Positions 19,244-28,711 of a DNA stretch of 64,000 bases are shown here, piece by piece. This DNA comes from Syntrophorhabdaceae bacterium (lineage in GTDB: Bacteria; Desulfobacterota; Syntrophorhabdia; Syntrophorhabdales; Syntrophorhabdaceae): positions 3,232,001 through 3,296,000 of the forward strand of contig OY762209.1 in NCBI GenBank assembly GCA_963665295.1. The letters are read 5' to 3'. A program made the position numbers and the translations under genes. Position 1 is the stretch's first letter. Each line of letters opens with the position of its first letter. The notes under the pieces are model-generated. The model worked only from the letters and a program-made list of their open reading frames with translations. It had not been told where the DNA came from and made no database searches.

Positions 19244-20032
19244 TTGATCGCCTCGTCAGCGGGAAGATTTCAATACATTTACGGACCTGTCCCCTCGTGG
19301 AGGTTGGGAAGCTCACTGGGAATAGACTTGTTGTCCCAAAAAGAGAAGATATGCAGTTATGACTGTGTCTATTGCCAGTTGGGGAAAACGAAGACTTTCT
19401 CCGTGACCCGGCAGCTCTACATTCCGGGAGATAAGGTTTTGAAAGAATTGGAAGGGTTCCCGACCGATCCTGCCATAGATTACATTACCTTGTCGGGAAG
19501 GGGCGAACCGACTCTCGCGATAAACCTGGGGGAAGTGATCGATGCGTTGAGAGGGGTCCGGCAGGAGTCGATTGCCGTAATTACCAACGCATCTCTGATG
19601 AGTAGACAGGATGTGAGAGGGGATTTGGCCCGCGCTGATTTGGTCATAGCTAAATTGGATGCCTGTTCACCGGAATTATTTGTAAAAGTGAATCGTCCAT
19701 CTCACGAATTAAGATTTGACGCAATCCTTGAGGGAATAAAGGAATTCAGAAAACACTTCCGGGGAAAACTGGCGCTTCAGGCTATGTTCATGAAAGAAAA
19801 TGAAAGGCTTGCTCACGAAATAGCAGCTATTGCAAAAGAAATCCTTCCCGACGAGGTGCAAATCAATACCCCGTTGAGACCATGCGGAATTGGGCCGTTA
19901 GGGGAGAAAACAGTACGCGAGATTAGAAGTTATTTCACTGGCCTCAATCCCATTTCGGTCTATGAGAGCCGAAAGAAACCCGTAAAGCCTGTCAGTGATG
20001 CGGATACGCTCAAAAGAAGAGGGAAAACCTGA
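19244..20032 (+). CDS. Radical SAM protein
   Basis: IYGPVPSWRLG.SLGIDL, CSYDCVYC, GEPTL; the start (TTG 19244) is uncertain. Confidence 0.8.
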   Translation: MIASSAGRFQYIYGPVPSWRLGSSLGIDLLSQKEKICSYDCVYCQLGKTKTFSVTRQLYIPGDKVLKELEGFPTDPAIDYITLSGRGEPTLAINLGEVIDALRGVRQESIAVITNASLMSRQDVRGDLARADLVIAKLDACSPELFVKVNRPSHELRFDAILEGIKEFRKHFRGKLALQAMFMKENERLAHEIAAIAKEILPDEVQINTPLRPCGIGPLGEKTVREIRSYFTGLNPISVYESRKKPVKPVSDADTLKRRGKT

Positions 20033-20132
20033 GAAGGTTGCGATTGCATGGAGATTGGAATATTCCATGAGCCTTCGAGCCGGGAAAACGGCATTGAATT
20101 GAGAGTAAAGAGAACGCGAATACGGAGGGATT

Positions 20133-20360
20133 ATGCCCCTTGGTTTTAAGAGGAAAAGAGGTCGTAATGGAATCAGTGGACAAGGTGGGGCCACCCCGGC
20201 AAGAGGGAAGGGCGGTTTCGGTCCTGGGGGACCTCCCACGGACTGTATCTGTCCGCGCTGCGGTACGGTTGCGCCTCGCGAACCGGGCGTGCCCTGTTTT
20301 CAGAAGAAATGTCCCCAATGCGCGTCTCCGATGATGCGTCAATTTGTGAAAAGTGATTGA
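20133..20360 (+). CDS. Small Gly-rich/Cys-rich zinc-ribbon protein
   Basis: CICPRCG...GVPC...CPQC, the same pattern as 8724-8999. Confidence 0.65.
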   Translation: MPLGFKRKRGRNGISGQGGATPARGKGGFGPGGPPTDCICPRCGTVAPREPGVPCFQKKCPQCASPMMRQFVKSD

Positions 20361-20381
20361 CAGGACGTCTGCGCAGAGATC

Positions 20382-21704
20382 ATGGAAGCTATAGGGGAAT
20401 CCATGAGCAGTCACGTTGAATCCCTCAAACGGGGCCGGAAGGTAGCCCTTACCGCAACTGTTATCATACTCCTCCTGGCGAGTTCGAAATTGGTTACCGG
20501 CTACCTTTTTGACTCCAGGATACTCATTGCCGACGGCCTCCACAGCGGTGTCGACACTCTGGCAATCTTCGCTTCGTGGTTTGGCCTCTGGTTAGCCTCC
20601 CAAAAGAAAAGTAAGAAATTCCCTTATGGGCTCTATAGAGCCGAGACGTTTGTCACTCTTGTAATTGGAGTTTTCATCGCCTTGGCCGGTCTGGAGAACG
20701 TGTTCGCGGGATACAGGAAACTTTTCCTTTCGCCAACTCCGCAAGAGTTCCCGATCCTGCCCGTTGTCGTGAGCGTGCTTTCGCTCGCAGTATCCTGCTA
20801 TATCGCCAGAAAGGAAAGAGAAACGGGTACTGCGATCAATTCGCGAGCCCTTCTGGCGAATGCCTCAGAGGCTTTTCTCGACATAGGCACGTCCTTTGTT
20901 GTTTTGATGGGGATTCTGCTCGCCTATGCCGCGGTGCCCCATGTGGAAGGTATAACCATAATACTCATTGCCCTCCTCATCGTCCGGCTGGGCATAAAGA
21001 ATGTGTGGACTCCCGTTATGGTTCTTATGGATGCAAATCTCGACCCGGAACTGCAGGAAGAAATTGAGGAGAAGGTGTACGGCGTTACCGGCGTCAAGGG
21101 GGTGACGGGCGTGAAAATACGTCAATCCGGGCCCTTCAGAATGGTGGAGTGCAGTATCGCAGCAAGCCCGAGTCTCTCTGTCTACAAGGCGCATGAGATC
21201 GCAGACCGGGTAGAAGACCTTATCGCCCATAACTACCGGCAAATAGAGTCGGTCTTCGTGCACATCGAACCATCGAGACAAGACGTCGTATCGGCAATAA
21301 TGCCCGTTCAAGACATTCACGGATTGGATTCAAAGCTTCACGGTCATTTTGGGAGAGCGCCCTATTTCATGATTCTCAGGATGGACAAAGAGAGTGTGGA
21401 GATAGAGGATTTTTACTACAACGAGTTTCTCAGCGAGAAAGAACGTATCCACGTGGGGGTCAAGGTGATAAGGGCCGTCATCACGCATGGTCTCGACATT
21501 GTTTTCACCCCCAAAATCGGGGAGATTTCTTTCCACATGCTGAGAGACAATTTTGTAGAGATTTACAAGGCGGAAGAAGGGTTGAGTGTGCGGGAAGCTA
21601 TAAGCAGATATCGGGACAATTTGCTTGAGCCTATTGTGGCTCCCCACCCGGCAGAGGAATCCCAGGTGGAAAAAGAACAAATGGTTGACCGGAAAGAATC
21701 CTAG
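20382..21704 (+). CDS. Cation diffusion facilitator fused to a NifX-like domain
   Basis: ADGLHS..D, FPYGLYRAE, AHEIAD..VHIEP, then HFGRAPYF. Confidence 0.85.
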   Translation: MEAIGESMSSHVESLKRGRKVALTATVIILLLASSKLVTGYLFDSRILIADGLHSGVDTLAIFASWFGLWLASQKKSKKFPYGLYRAETFVTLVIGVFIALAGLENVFAGYRKLFLSPTPQEFPILPVVVSVLSLAVSCYIARKERETGTAINSRALLANASEAFLDIGTSFVVLMGILLAYAAVPHVEGITIILIALLIVRLGIKNVWTPVMVLMDANLDPELQEEIEEKVYGVTGVKGVTGVKIRQSGPFRMVECSIAASPSLSVYKAHEIADRVEDLIAHNYRQIESVFVHIEPSRQDVVSAIMPVQDIHGLDSKLHGHFGRAPYFMILRMDKESVEIEDFYYNEFLSEKERIHVGVKVIRAVITHGLDIVFTPKIGEISFHMLRDNFVEIYKAEEGLSVREAISRYRDNLLEPIVAPHPAEESQVEKEQMVDRKES

Positions 21705-21777
21705 CGGATTATCGACGGCGACCCGGGCAGGATTTCGGTAAATGCAGCAATACGCCATGATATCGAGAGGAGAGCAA

Positions 21778-22209
21778 ATGGAAAGGTTTGAGCCTGAGAT
21801 TATAGCTTTTTGTTGCGAATTCTGAGGGTATACCGCAGCGGACCTGGCAGGTTCGATGAGACTCTCATATCCAACAAATATAAAGATCGTGAAGGTTCCC
21901 TGCACTGGCAGGGTTGACATAATTCACATATTGAAGGCCTTTGAAAGCGGAACGGACGGGGTGTGCCTTGTGGGATGTCTCGAGGGCGACTGTCATTTCC
22001 TGGTGGGCAACATAAGGGCTCGAAAACGTGTAGGGTGCGTGAAACATCTCCTCGATGAATGCGGCATAGGAGGGGAACGGGCTGTCATGTATAATTTGTC
22101 GTCTGCCGAGGGTCAACGCTTCGCAGAGGTGGCTCGGGAGATGACGGAGAAAATCAGAGCCCTTGGGCCGAATCCGGCGAAAAAATCACCGGCCCTCCTT
22201 CCACGGTAG
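21778..22209 (+). CDS. mvhD: MvhD/FlpD hydrogenase Fe-S subunit, selenoprotein (UGA at 21823-21825)
   Basis: SD GAGAGGAG, then MERFEPEIIAFCCEF-TGA-GYTAADLAGSMRLSYP..VPCTGRV..GCLEGDCHF; the TGA aligns with the conserved Cys of the paralog at 25502-25933. Confidence 0.85.
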
Positions 22210-22295
22210 CGCTCGAACCGAGGCCCTGTCCCGCGAGAAAGCTCCAGAAGCCGGAAACGGAATGTGAGCGAAGATAAGGGAACGTTCTGAGGCCA

Positions 22296-22646
22296 GGGAA
22301 GGAGGGGCGAGACGCGGGATGCATGGACGACGATGCCCCATGCGGTTCCCTGTATCATCTCAAAGGCGTGGCCCAGAAGGCCGAATCCGGTTACATCGGT
22401 ATAGACGTCCGCTCTTAGAAGTCGTCGGCGATGGGGGTAAAAAAGTCAACCGTCTGAATCAGGGCGAGGTCTTCGGAGAGCTTGTCGCCCCGGCATCACT
22501 AACCCTTTCCATTCATGCAATCAAATTGCGGTCATTCGCCAACGAAAAACCGCACAGGGCCCTGTCCAGGTCCCCCGGACCCTGCTTGGGCGCTCAGCCG
22601 CCCCCCTCGCTGTTCCCGTCAATCGCCGCATATCCTTGTGCGTCAT
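22296..22646 (-). pseudogene. selD: Decayed selenophosphate synthetase (Sec-type)
   Basis: Across frameshifts reads MTHKDMRRLTGTARG / G-TGA-APKQGPGDLDRALCG / LALIQTVDFFTPIADD and, after a large deletion, TDVTGFGLLGHAFEM. Confidence 0.85.
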
Positions 22647-23506
22647 TCGTTACCTCTCATGCAGAAGTTCAGCGCTTCAGGTATGTATCGGATTATCTCC
22701 ATTACCTGTGACGCCGGGGTTGGGTGCGCATATGAGCCCGCCAATCGATTTGTTCGGGCCGCCAGCACTGCTGCCTCTCTAACGTTCATCCCGAATGCAC
22801 AAAGGGCGGCGACGATACCAGTCAAGGTGTCCCCGGTCCCTCCGATCGCTTCCATTGATTCTTCGACAGGGCTATCGATGATGTCCTGCACCCCGTCCCG
22901 GTTGACTATGTAGTCCTTGCTGCCCTTGACGAGAAGATACTTTGAGGCATTCCCGTGGGCATAGGCCCTGGCAATTAAGTCGGGCACGCGGTTTTCCTCG
23001 TGTAAGATAAATCCCCGTGTGTAAAACGGATGGGGGGCAGCCTCGTCCGCAAGGAAGGCAAGCTCTCCGGTATCCGGGGTAAACAGGTCGTAAAACCCGG
23101 ACTGCCCGCTCATCTTGGCCACGTACATGGAGCCGGCATCCGCGATGAGGATGGGCTTGGGGATTATTCCCTTGATTACGGTGAGGAGTCGGTTGTGCCA
23201 TTCCACAAAGGGCTGGAGATAATGAAAAGCAATGGTACGAAAGCCACTCTTCGTGAGATGGTCCAGGAGAAACTGATAGAGTTTCTTGCTGCCCTCGCCG
23301 GAGCCGATATCTCCGGCCAGATAGGCGAAAGTCGGTTCCCCGCCCAGAGCCTCTTCGGCTTTGGCAGCGGCAGCGAGCAGAGCCGGGGTCCCCCGATTTA
23401 CGGTTATGGCTCTCCCCTCGATCGTAATGTGTTCATTTTCCAAAAGGACTCTTCCCGCGAGTAACGGAAAGTCGCGCTCCGGAACGGTTCCTACGACTGC
23501 GAGCAT
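22643..23506 (-). CDS. Carbohydrate-kinase/NAD(P)HX-dehydratase-fold protein in the selenium operon
   Basis: LIADAG, FTPD.GELAFLAD, LVKG..D, GGTGDTLTG. Confidence 0.75.
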   Translation of the reverse strand: MLAVVGTVPERDFPLLAGRVLLENEHITIEGRAITVNRGTPALLAAAAKAEEALGGEPTFAYLAGDIGSGEGSKKLYQFLLDHLTKSGFRTIAFHYLQPFVEWHNRLLTVIKGIIPKPILIADAGSMYVAKMSGQSGFYDLFTPDTGELAFLADEAAPHPFYTRGFILHEENRVPDLIARAYAHGNASKYLLVKGSKDYIVNRDGVQDIIDSPVEESMEAIGGTGDTLTGIVAALCAFGMNVREAAVLAARTNRLAGSYAHPTPASQVMEIIRYIPEALNFCMRGNE

Positions 23507-24045
23507 CTTTTTTTCACCTCTTCATACGCCAACTGAAGGGCGTAGCCGCAAAGGGTATATCCGATTTCCCGGGGGCTTGGGGCCTCATCCAGACGCCTGC
23601 CCACCATCTCCGCGGCGAGGAAAGGCACATCCGGACAGCCGCCTCCGGAAATATTGACGATGTACAGGGACTCCTTGTCGATGGTTAGTTTCATGTTGGC
23701 TGCCTGTACCATCAGATATTTGCCAAAATCCTTGATCCTGAAAAGATTGACCGGTTGCAGCAAAGGACCTGTGACAGGCACCGCCTGGAGAGGCGGGATT
23801 CCGCCATCCTGCAGGACCTTCGTGATCTTCAGTTCCTCGATCAGAGGGAACTCAATGACAAGATCGCACCCCGTTCGGATCTCAGGGGGAGGCCCCATCA
23901 CACGGATATCCCATCCGTTCTTCCTCAACAGGTTTTCTGCCTGAATGACCTCGCCGGTGCTTTCGAAAACAAGAAAACCGCGGTCTGTGCGGCCCTTCTT
24001 CGAGATCCCCGGTTGACCCCCTTTCAAAAACTGCAGCAGCGCCAA
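23491..24045 (-). CDS. DUF3343-domain protein
   Basis: LVFESTGEVIQAE..L, PPPEIRTGCDL, SGGGCPDVP. Confidence 0.7.
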   Translation of the reverse strand: MALLQFLKGGQPGISKKGRTDRGFLVFESTGEVIQAENLLRKNGWDIRVMGPPPEIRTGCDLVIEFPLIEELKITKVLQDGGIPPLQAVPVTGPLLQPVNLFRIKDFGKYLMVQAANMKLTIDKESLYIVNISGGGCPDVPFLAAEMVGRRLDEAPSPREIGYTLCGYALQLAYEEVKKRCSQS

Positions 24046-24048
24046 GGA

Positions 24049-24267
24049 TCAGTCCTTTGAAATGCTAATACGGTAACCGGTCCCTTCCTGTTCGACACTT
24101 CTCAGGGTCCACCCCTGCGAGACGGCGGCACGGGAAACGTTCTCCTTGGATGTGTCCGTATCCACGAGAATGACAATCTCGCCTTTCTTCAACTTCTTTA
24201 TCTCGTTCATGGTCAAAAGAACGGGTTGCGGGCACGAAAGCCCTTTTGCATCGACGACTGCGCTCAT
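24049..24267 (-). CDS. TusA/SirA-like sulfur/selenium carrier (YedF-like)
   Basis: VDAKGLSCPQPV. Confidence 0.85.
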   Translation of the reverse strand: MSAVVDAKGLSCPQPVLLTMNEIKKLKKGEIVILVDTDTSKENVSRAAVSQGWTLRSVEQEGTGYRISISKD

Positions 24268-24293
24268 TATGTCCCTCCTTCCTTAAACTGCCT

Positions 24294-25388
24294 TCAGGCC
24301 ACCCGTTTTTTCATCGTGAAACCGATGAAAAGGCAAACCAGAAGACCTGTGATCACAGCGGCAATCCCATACGGCCCCACGCCTTCCGGCGAACTGGCCA
24401 ATCCGAAGTTGTGTGCGATGCCCGCTCCGACAATCATTCCGAATACAAAGACCGCCGCATCCCCGTCACCCTCGCCCGCAAGAAAGAGCTGTCTTCCCGG
24501 GCACCCTCCGGCCAGGGCGAAGGCCAGTCCCGCCAGGACCATACCCCCGAAGTTCCAGAGACCCATCGTGTGAGCTACGGGTTGCTTCGCGAAGCCGGGG
24601 TGAAACTGTCCCAAAACCAGGTTGGTTGCAAAGGCAAACACGACGAGTGCGATAAACCCCGAAAGGAGATGGGCTTGTTTGAACAGGATAATATCCCGGA
24701 TCGCTCCCATAGTGCAAAATCGGCTTCTCTGGGCCAGGAATCCGATGAAGAGACCTATTGCGAGCGATACGTAAAGCGGAGCATGCATGGAGCCGGGTCC
24801 TTTAACGCTGTAAAACAATATTCCGCTCTTCTCCTGGCCGCTCACCTGTGGGAAAACGAACATGAGAACAAGAAAACCCGCCATTGTCAATGGCAGCAGC
24901 CATCCGACCGAGGTATGAGTGGGCTGAGAGCGTCCGAGGTTGAACCCCCCTTTCATAAAAAGGACGCCCACCCATATCCCTCCGACAAGTCCGAGGAGAC
25001 CGAAAATCGCGTTTCCATCTCCGCCTGCCAAACGGAGGACGGCCCGCCACGGGCATCCTAAGAAGACCAGGGCTCCGATCATTGCAAAGGCGCCGAGCAC
25101 GAACCGGACGATGGGGGCAGACCCGGCGCGGGAGCGGAATTCCTTGAATGCGTACGCGGCGATCAGGGAACCGAGGACAAAGCCGATGATTTCGGGCCGC
25201 ATATATTGAACGACGGCAGCCCGATGAAGCCCCAGCGTTCCGGCAATGTCCCGCTCGAAACAGGCCACGCAGATACCCATGTTCGCCGGGTTCCCCCACT
25301 TCTGCAAAAGGGCGGCAAGAATTCCAATAACGGCTCCCACTGATATAATTCCCCAACGGCTTGAAAAAAACTGTGCGAATTTGGGCAT
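24294..25388 (-). CDS. yedE: YedE family putative selenium transporter
   Basis: GNPANMGICVACFERDIAG, FLGCPWR, QRSRFC, GGCPGRQ. Confidence 0.9.
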   Translation of the reverse strand: MPKFAQFFSSRWGIISVGAVIGILAALLQKWGNPANMGICVACFERDIAGTLGLHRAAVVQYMRPEIIGFVLGSLIAAYAFKEFRSRAGSAPIVRFVLGAFAMIGALVFLGCPWRAVLRLAGGDGNAIFGLLGLVGGIWVGVLFMKGGFNLGRSQPTHTSVGWLLPLTMAGFLVLMFVFPQVSGQEKSGILFYSVKGPGSMHAPLYVSLAIGLFIGFLAQRSRFCTMGAIRDIILFKQAHLLSGFIALVVFAFATNLVLGQFHPGFAKQPVAHTMGLWNFGGMVLAGLAFALAGGCPGRQLFLAGEGDGDAAVFVFGMIVGAGIAHNFGLASSPEGVGPYGIAAVITGLLVCLFIGFTMKKRVA

Positions 25389-25501
25389 AGGCTCTCCTTC
25401 TCCTAGTCTCTTGTAAATCTATTTTCTAGTCTCCATTAACACAGACTATAAGTCAAATAGATATTCTCTATCTCAATTCAATTAATCATTTAGCGCCGCT
25501 A

Positions 25502-25933
25502 TTAGCCGGGGTTTGCCTTATTTTTCTTTTCCCTTATCTCATCACGCATTCCTGTAACCTTTTCCACAAAACGCCGCGCCTCGGCGGCACTCACCCAGAA
25601 AAGACGCAACTTGTCCTTCATCGAAAAGGCATCGAACATCTCTTTCAGAGCAGCGATCTTTCTCCTCGTAAAGTAATTTCCTTTGATAAAGTGGCAGTCT
25701 CCCGGGTGACACCCGGCCACGAACACCCCGTCGGCCCCTTCGAGAATCGCCTTGATGACAAAGGCTGGGTCAACGCGGCTCGAACAGGGGACCTGAACCA
25801 TTTTTACCCCGGTCGGGTACTTCATTCTTAAAGTGCCCGCCATTTCAGAGGCCTTGAAGGTGCAATAGGTACAGGCAAAACCGATGATTTCAGGTTCTTC
25901 ATTATGATTATTTTCGTTCTTGTATTCAGACAT
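25502..25933 (-). CDS. mvhD: MvhD/FlpD subunit, Cys form
   Basis: IIGFACTYC, VPCSSRV, GADGV.VAGCHPGDCHF..GN, WVSAAE. Confidence 0.85.
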   Translation of the reverse strand: MSEYKNENNHNEEPEIIGFACTYCTFKASEMAGTLRMKYPTGVKMVQVPCSSRVDPAFVIKAILEGADGVFVAGCHPGDCHFIKGNYFTRRKIAALKEMFDAFSMKDKLRLFWVSAAEARRFVEKVTGMRDEIREKKNKANPG

Positions 25934-25999
25934 CTTCCCTCCCAAGAATGCGGCCCTCAGAAATGGCCGTCGATCGTAGATAGTGGAATAGGCTGCCTC

Positions 26000-26323
26000 T
26001 CACGCCCTTCCAAGGATCAGTGCGTCCTGGGGGCACTCGGCCACGCATGTCCCGCACCCTTTGCATCGGGAGGCATCGACGACAGCTATCTCGTGTACGA
26101 GAATTGCCGCGACAGGACACACCTGCGCGCATATCCCGCAGCCGATGCAGTCCTCCTGAATGACGGTAACAGGGGAAGAAATGCCTCCGCCCTGTCCTGC
26201 CCTCGATTCCATGCTGTCCGTCGATATCCCTTCCGTGACAGATTCGTCTTCACTTTTGGGGCGGTTGGCGACCTCTATTCCCGCAACATGACGGTTTTGA
26301 CGTTTGCTTGGGGGCGAAAGCAT
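26000..26323 (-). CDS. 2x[4Fe-4S] ferredoxin; start uncertain, possibly frameshifted from a Gly-rich N-terminus near 26466
   Basis: CIGCGICAQVCP, CKGCGTCVAECP. Confidence 0.7.
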   Translation of the reverse strand: MLSPPSKRQNRHVAGIEVANRPKSEDESVTEGISTDSMESRAGQGGGISSPVTVIQEDCIGCGICAQVCPVAAILVHEIAVVDASRCKGCGTCVAECPQDALILGRA

Positions 26324-26506
26324 ATAACCGAGAAATCCCGCGACAGAAGCAGCCGCACCCCGGAGAACCCGTCCACTGTAGGCCCTGTTGTCTCCTGGCC
26401 TGCCCGGCGGGCGAGGCCCCGTTTTTTGCCTGCTCCCCGCCCGCCCTTGCCGTTGCCCATGCTCATCTCCGGCGTCTCTTCTCCGCGTTCAGCCGAAACC
26501 GCCGCG

Positions 26507-26857
26507 CTATCCTGGGTTTTTTGCCCCCTGGGTCTCCAATGTTTCAATCTGTTTCCTGATGTTGTCGAGTGTGCGGGCAATGTTCTCGGCCTGAGCCTTT
26601 AGTATCGCGAGATCGAGTCCCCGGTTTGCGGACGTTCCTGCAGGCGCTCCGGTCTCGGCCCAGCCTGCGCCTGAGCGCTGTCGGCCCGTGAGTCCGGTTG
26701 CATAGTATCGGTTCCGCCGGCCCCGACCTGGGCCTCCGAAAGTGCAACGGTACGGAACGTTCGCGTATCCAGGGATGTCATATCCCGCGCAGAATCCCTC
26801 CCCACGGCCCGTCACTGGTCCAAATCCTCGTGGTCCGGTTCCATCTCCAAATGGCAT
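26507..26857 (-). CDS. DUF5320 family protein
   Basis: MPFGDGTGP.G.GP.TGRG.GFCAG; C-terminal coiled coil. Confidence 0.8.
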   Translation of the reverse strand: MPFGDGTGPRGFGPVTGRGEGFCAGYDIPGYANVPYRCTFGGPGRGRRNRYYATGLTGRQRSGAGWAETGAPAGTSANRGLDLAILKAQAENIARTLDNIRKQIETLETQGAKNPG

Positions 26858-26942
26858 AGCTGCCACCTCCTTATGTTTTTTTCTCGTTTCTCCCGACCTC
26901 AGTCGGTTCGGGGAAGCGTCTTATTGCCTTGATCTCCATTTG

Positions 26943-27323
26943 CTACTCCCTCCGGCCACGCCTTCCTCTGTGGCGCCGCGGTCCCGAAGAACCGGGCATG
27001 AGGAATTGTCCCTCCTCAAGCTGTCCTTTTAGCAGGGCCAGGATTACATCGTCTAAAGCCCCGCAGACAAAGGCAACGGCCGTGATACTCTTTGCCGACA
27101 GCGCTCTTTCGTAGGGTTGAGAAATCGCCCCGCACACTACGGCGTCAAGTCCTATGTTTTTCAGTTCTTGAGCGCGGAGGAAGGGATCCGTTGAGTCAAG
27201 AACAAACTCCTCTCGGCCTTGTTCCAGCCCGTCTCTGATGGAAACAGCCAGAAGGTGCCGGGCTACGTCGAAAACAGGGGAAACATGCCCCTGATAGTGG
27301 GTGATGCCTACTTTTTCCAGCAT
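26943..27323 (-). CDS. NifB/NifX-like (ORP-type) protein
   Basis: VSPVFDVA, VCGAIS, FLMPG, Arg/Gly tail. Confidence 0.8.
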   Translation of the reverse strand: MLEKVGITHYQGHVSPVFDVARHLLAVSIRDGLEQGREEFVLDSTDPFLRAQELKNIGLDAVVCGAISQPYERALSAKSITAVAFVCGALDDVILALLKGQLEEGQFLMPGSSGPRRHRGRRGRRE

Positions 27324-27540
27324 GCTTTAGGGACCTTCAAGAAGTGTGCCAAATCGCGTGGACATTCAAATTTCTTGAAAGAAGCGTCTTTTGGCAAGGC
27401 CCAAAGTCGTTACTAAGAATGCAGTATGCACTGTTGTGCTATGCTGCCGTGATGCATTTTGCCCATTAAGGAAGGTCGGCCCTTTGTCTTATTATGGCGT
27501 AAGGCCTCTAAAACGTTCGCAAAATCCATCATTAAAGTTT

Positions 27541-27557
27541 CTGGCGCGCATTATGCT
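27541..27557 (+). promoter_or_regulatory. Sigma54 (-24/-12) promoter candidate
   Basis: CTGGCGCGCATTATGCT = GG-N10-GC, upstream of the nifU-like remnant. Confidence 0.55.
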
Positions 27558-27594
27558 TATGAATTGATGGAGACACCACTGAGGGGACCCCTCC

Positions 27595-27899
27595 ATGTAC
27601 GACAGGCTCGAAGATATGGTTGACGTTCTGCAGGGGATAATCCTCAAAGAGGCAGAGGAGACATGCCGCCCGGAAGTAATTGAACAGTGGGATAATTCAA
27701 GAAACCGGGGTCAGTGGAGAAGCCGGATGGGCTTTCGAAAATATCGGGCCCATGTGGTGATACCATGGAGATAATCATCAAGGTTGACAGCGACCGCATC
27801 GTTGAAGTCGGCTACATTTCCGACGGGTTCGCCGCCGGTGTCCCTTCCGGGAACGTGGCAACGTTCTTTTGTATGCGACGTGAAGAAGAAACCTCATGA
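27595..27899 (+). pseudogene. NifU/IscU-like scaffold pseudogene
   Basis: MYDRLED..EVIEQWDNSRNRG, then a frameshift to EKPDG..ISGPCGDTMEI; later Cys residues lost and truncated. Confidence 0.65.
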
Positions 27900-28344
27900 G
27901 AGAAAGGGATATTACCGAAACCCTATCGGGAGATCTCTGAAGGAATGAAGTGGGTAACGGATTAGTTGGAGATGGGTGCTCAAAAGCCAATCGCTTCCTT
28001 TCCATAACGGCTATGGATACTGCACCCGCTGTTGTCTCCTGTCGCCTTCGGCTGCCAAAACCGGAGACAAACCACGGCAGCCGAAGGTTTTTTGCGCTCT
28101 CTTCAGAACTGGGCGGGCCGGATTTTCCGTGTAATCCCAATCTTCCAGCCGGAAGCCTGGCCGCGCTGGCGTTCGGGCCTTTCCCGCGGTATTGCGCCCC
28201 CGTTTATTGTGCCCGGGGCTGCGGAAAAACCTTGTTTCAGTAGCCGACCGCGAGGGTCGAGGAGAAAACGGCGTATGGAGCGCCGATTTTATAGATCAGG
28301 TTTGAGTTGACCTAAACAAAGAATGAAGCCGAAGGAGGTGAAAA

Positions 28345-28605
28345 ATGGTTAAAGGTTCCAGTGTCTGCCCATTTTCAGGCATGTCGTGCCGGGAGTGCCC
28401 GATATACCGGGGAAGGCATTCACAGCTGTGTATTGCGGCACGGTATCGGAACGGGGTGAAGCCAGAACCAACGTACGGGTGCACCCACCTGAAATTTGAG
28501 TTTCCCGATGAGCTCGTCTACAGCGAAAACCGTTTTAAGAATCTCGAGGACAGGGAAGAGCACATCAACGCAGCAGAGATAGTATGGAGACGCGAACAAA
28601 GGTAA
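28345..28605 (+). CDS. Small Cys-rich hypothetical protein
   Basis: CPFSG..CRECPIYRGRH..LC; strong SD AAGGAGGTG. Confidence 0.7.
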   Translation: MVKGSSVCPFSGMSCRECPIYRGRHSQLCIAARYRNGVKPEPTYGCTHLKFEFPDELVYSENRFKNLEDREEHINAAEIVWRREQR

Positions 28606-28711
28606 AGCACAGGCAACAGTTCCCGGACATTCCGGATTGTCCGCGGGGCCAATCAACAGAATACGGAAACACAGGCAACAACGAAGAAAGTACGATTGAA
28701 AGGAGATAAGC

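Noticed and set aside
22513..22516. Second TGA in the selD remnant as Sec
   Set aside because: It falls at a position that is normally Gly, within a frameshifted pseudogene, so it is a nonsense mutation.
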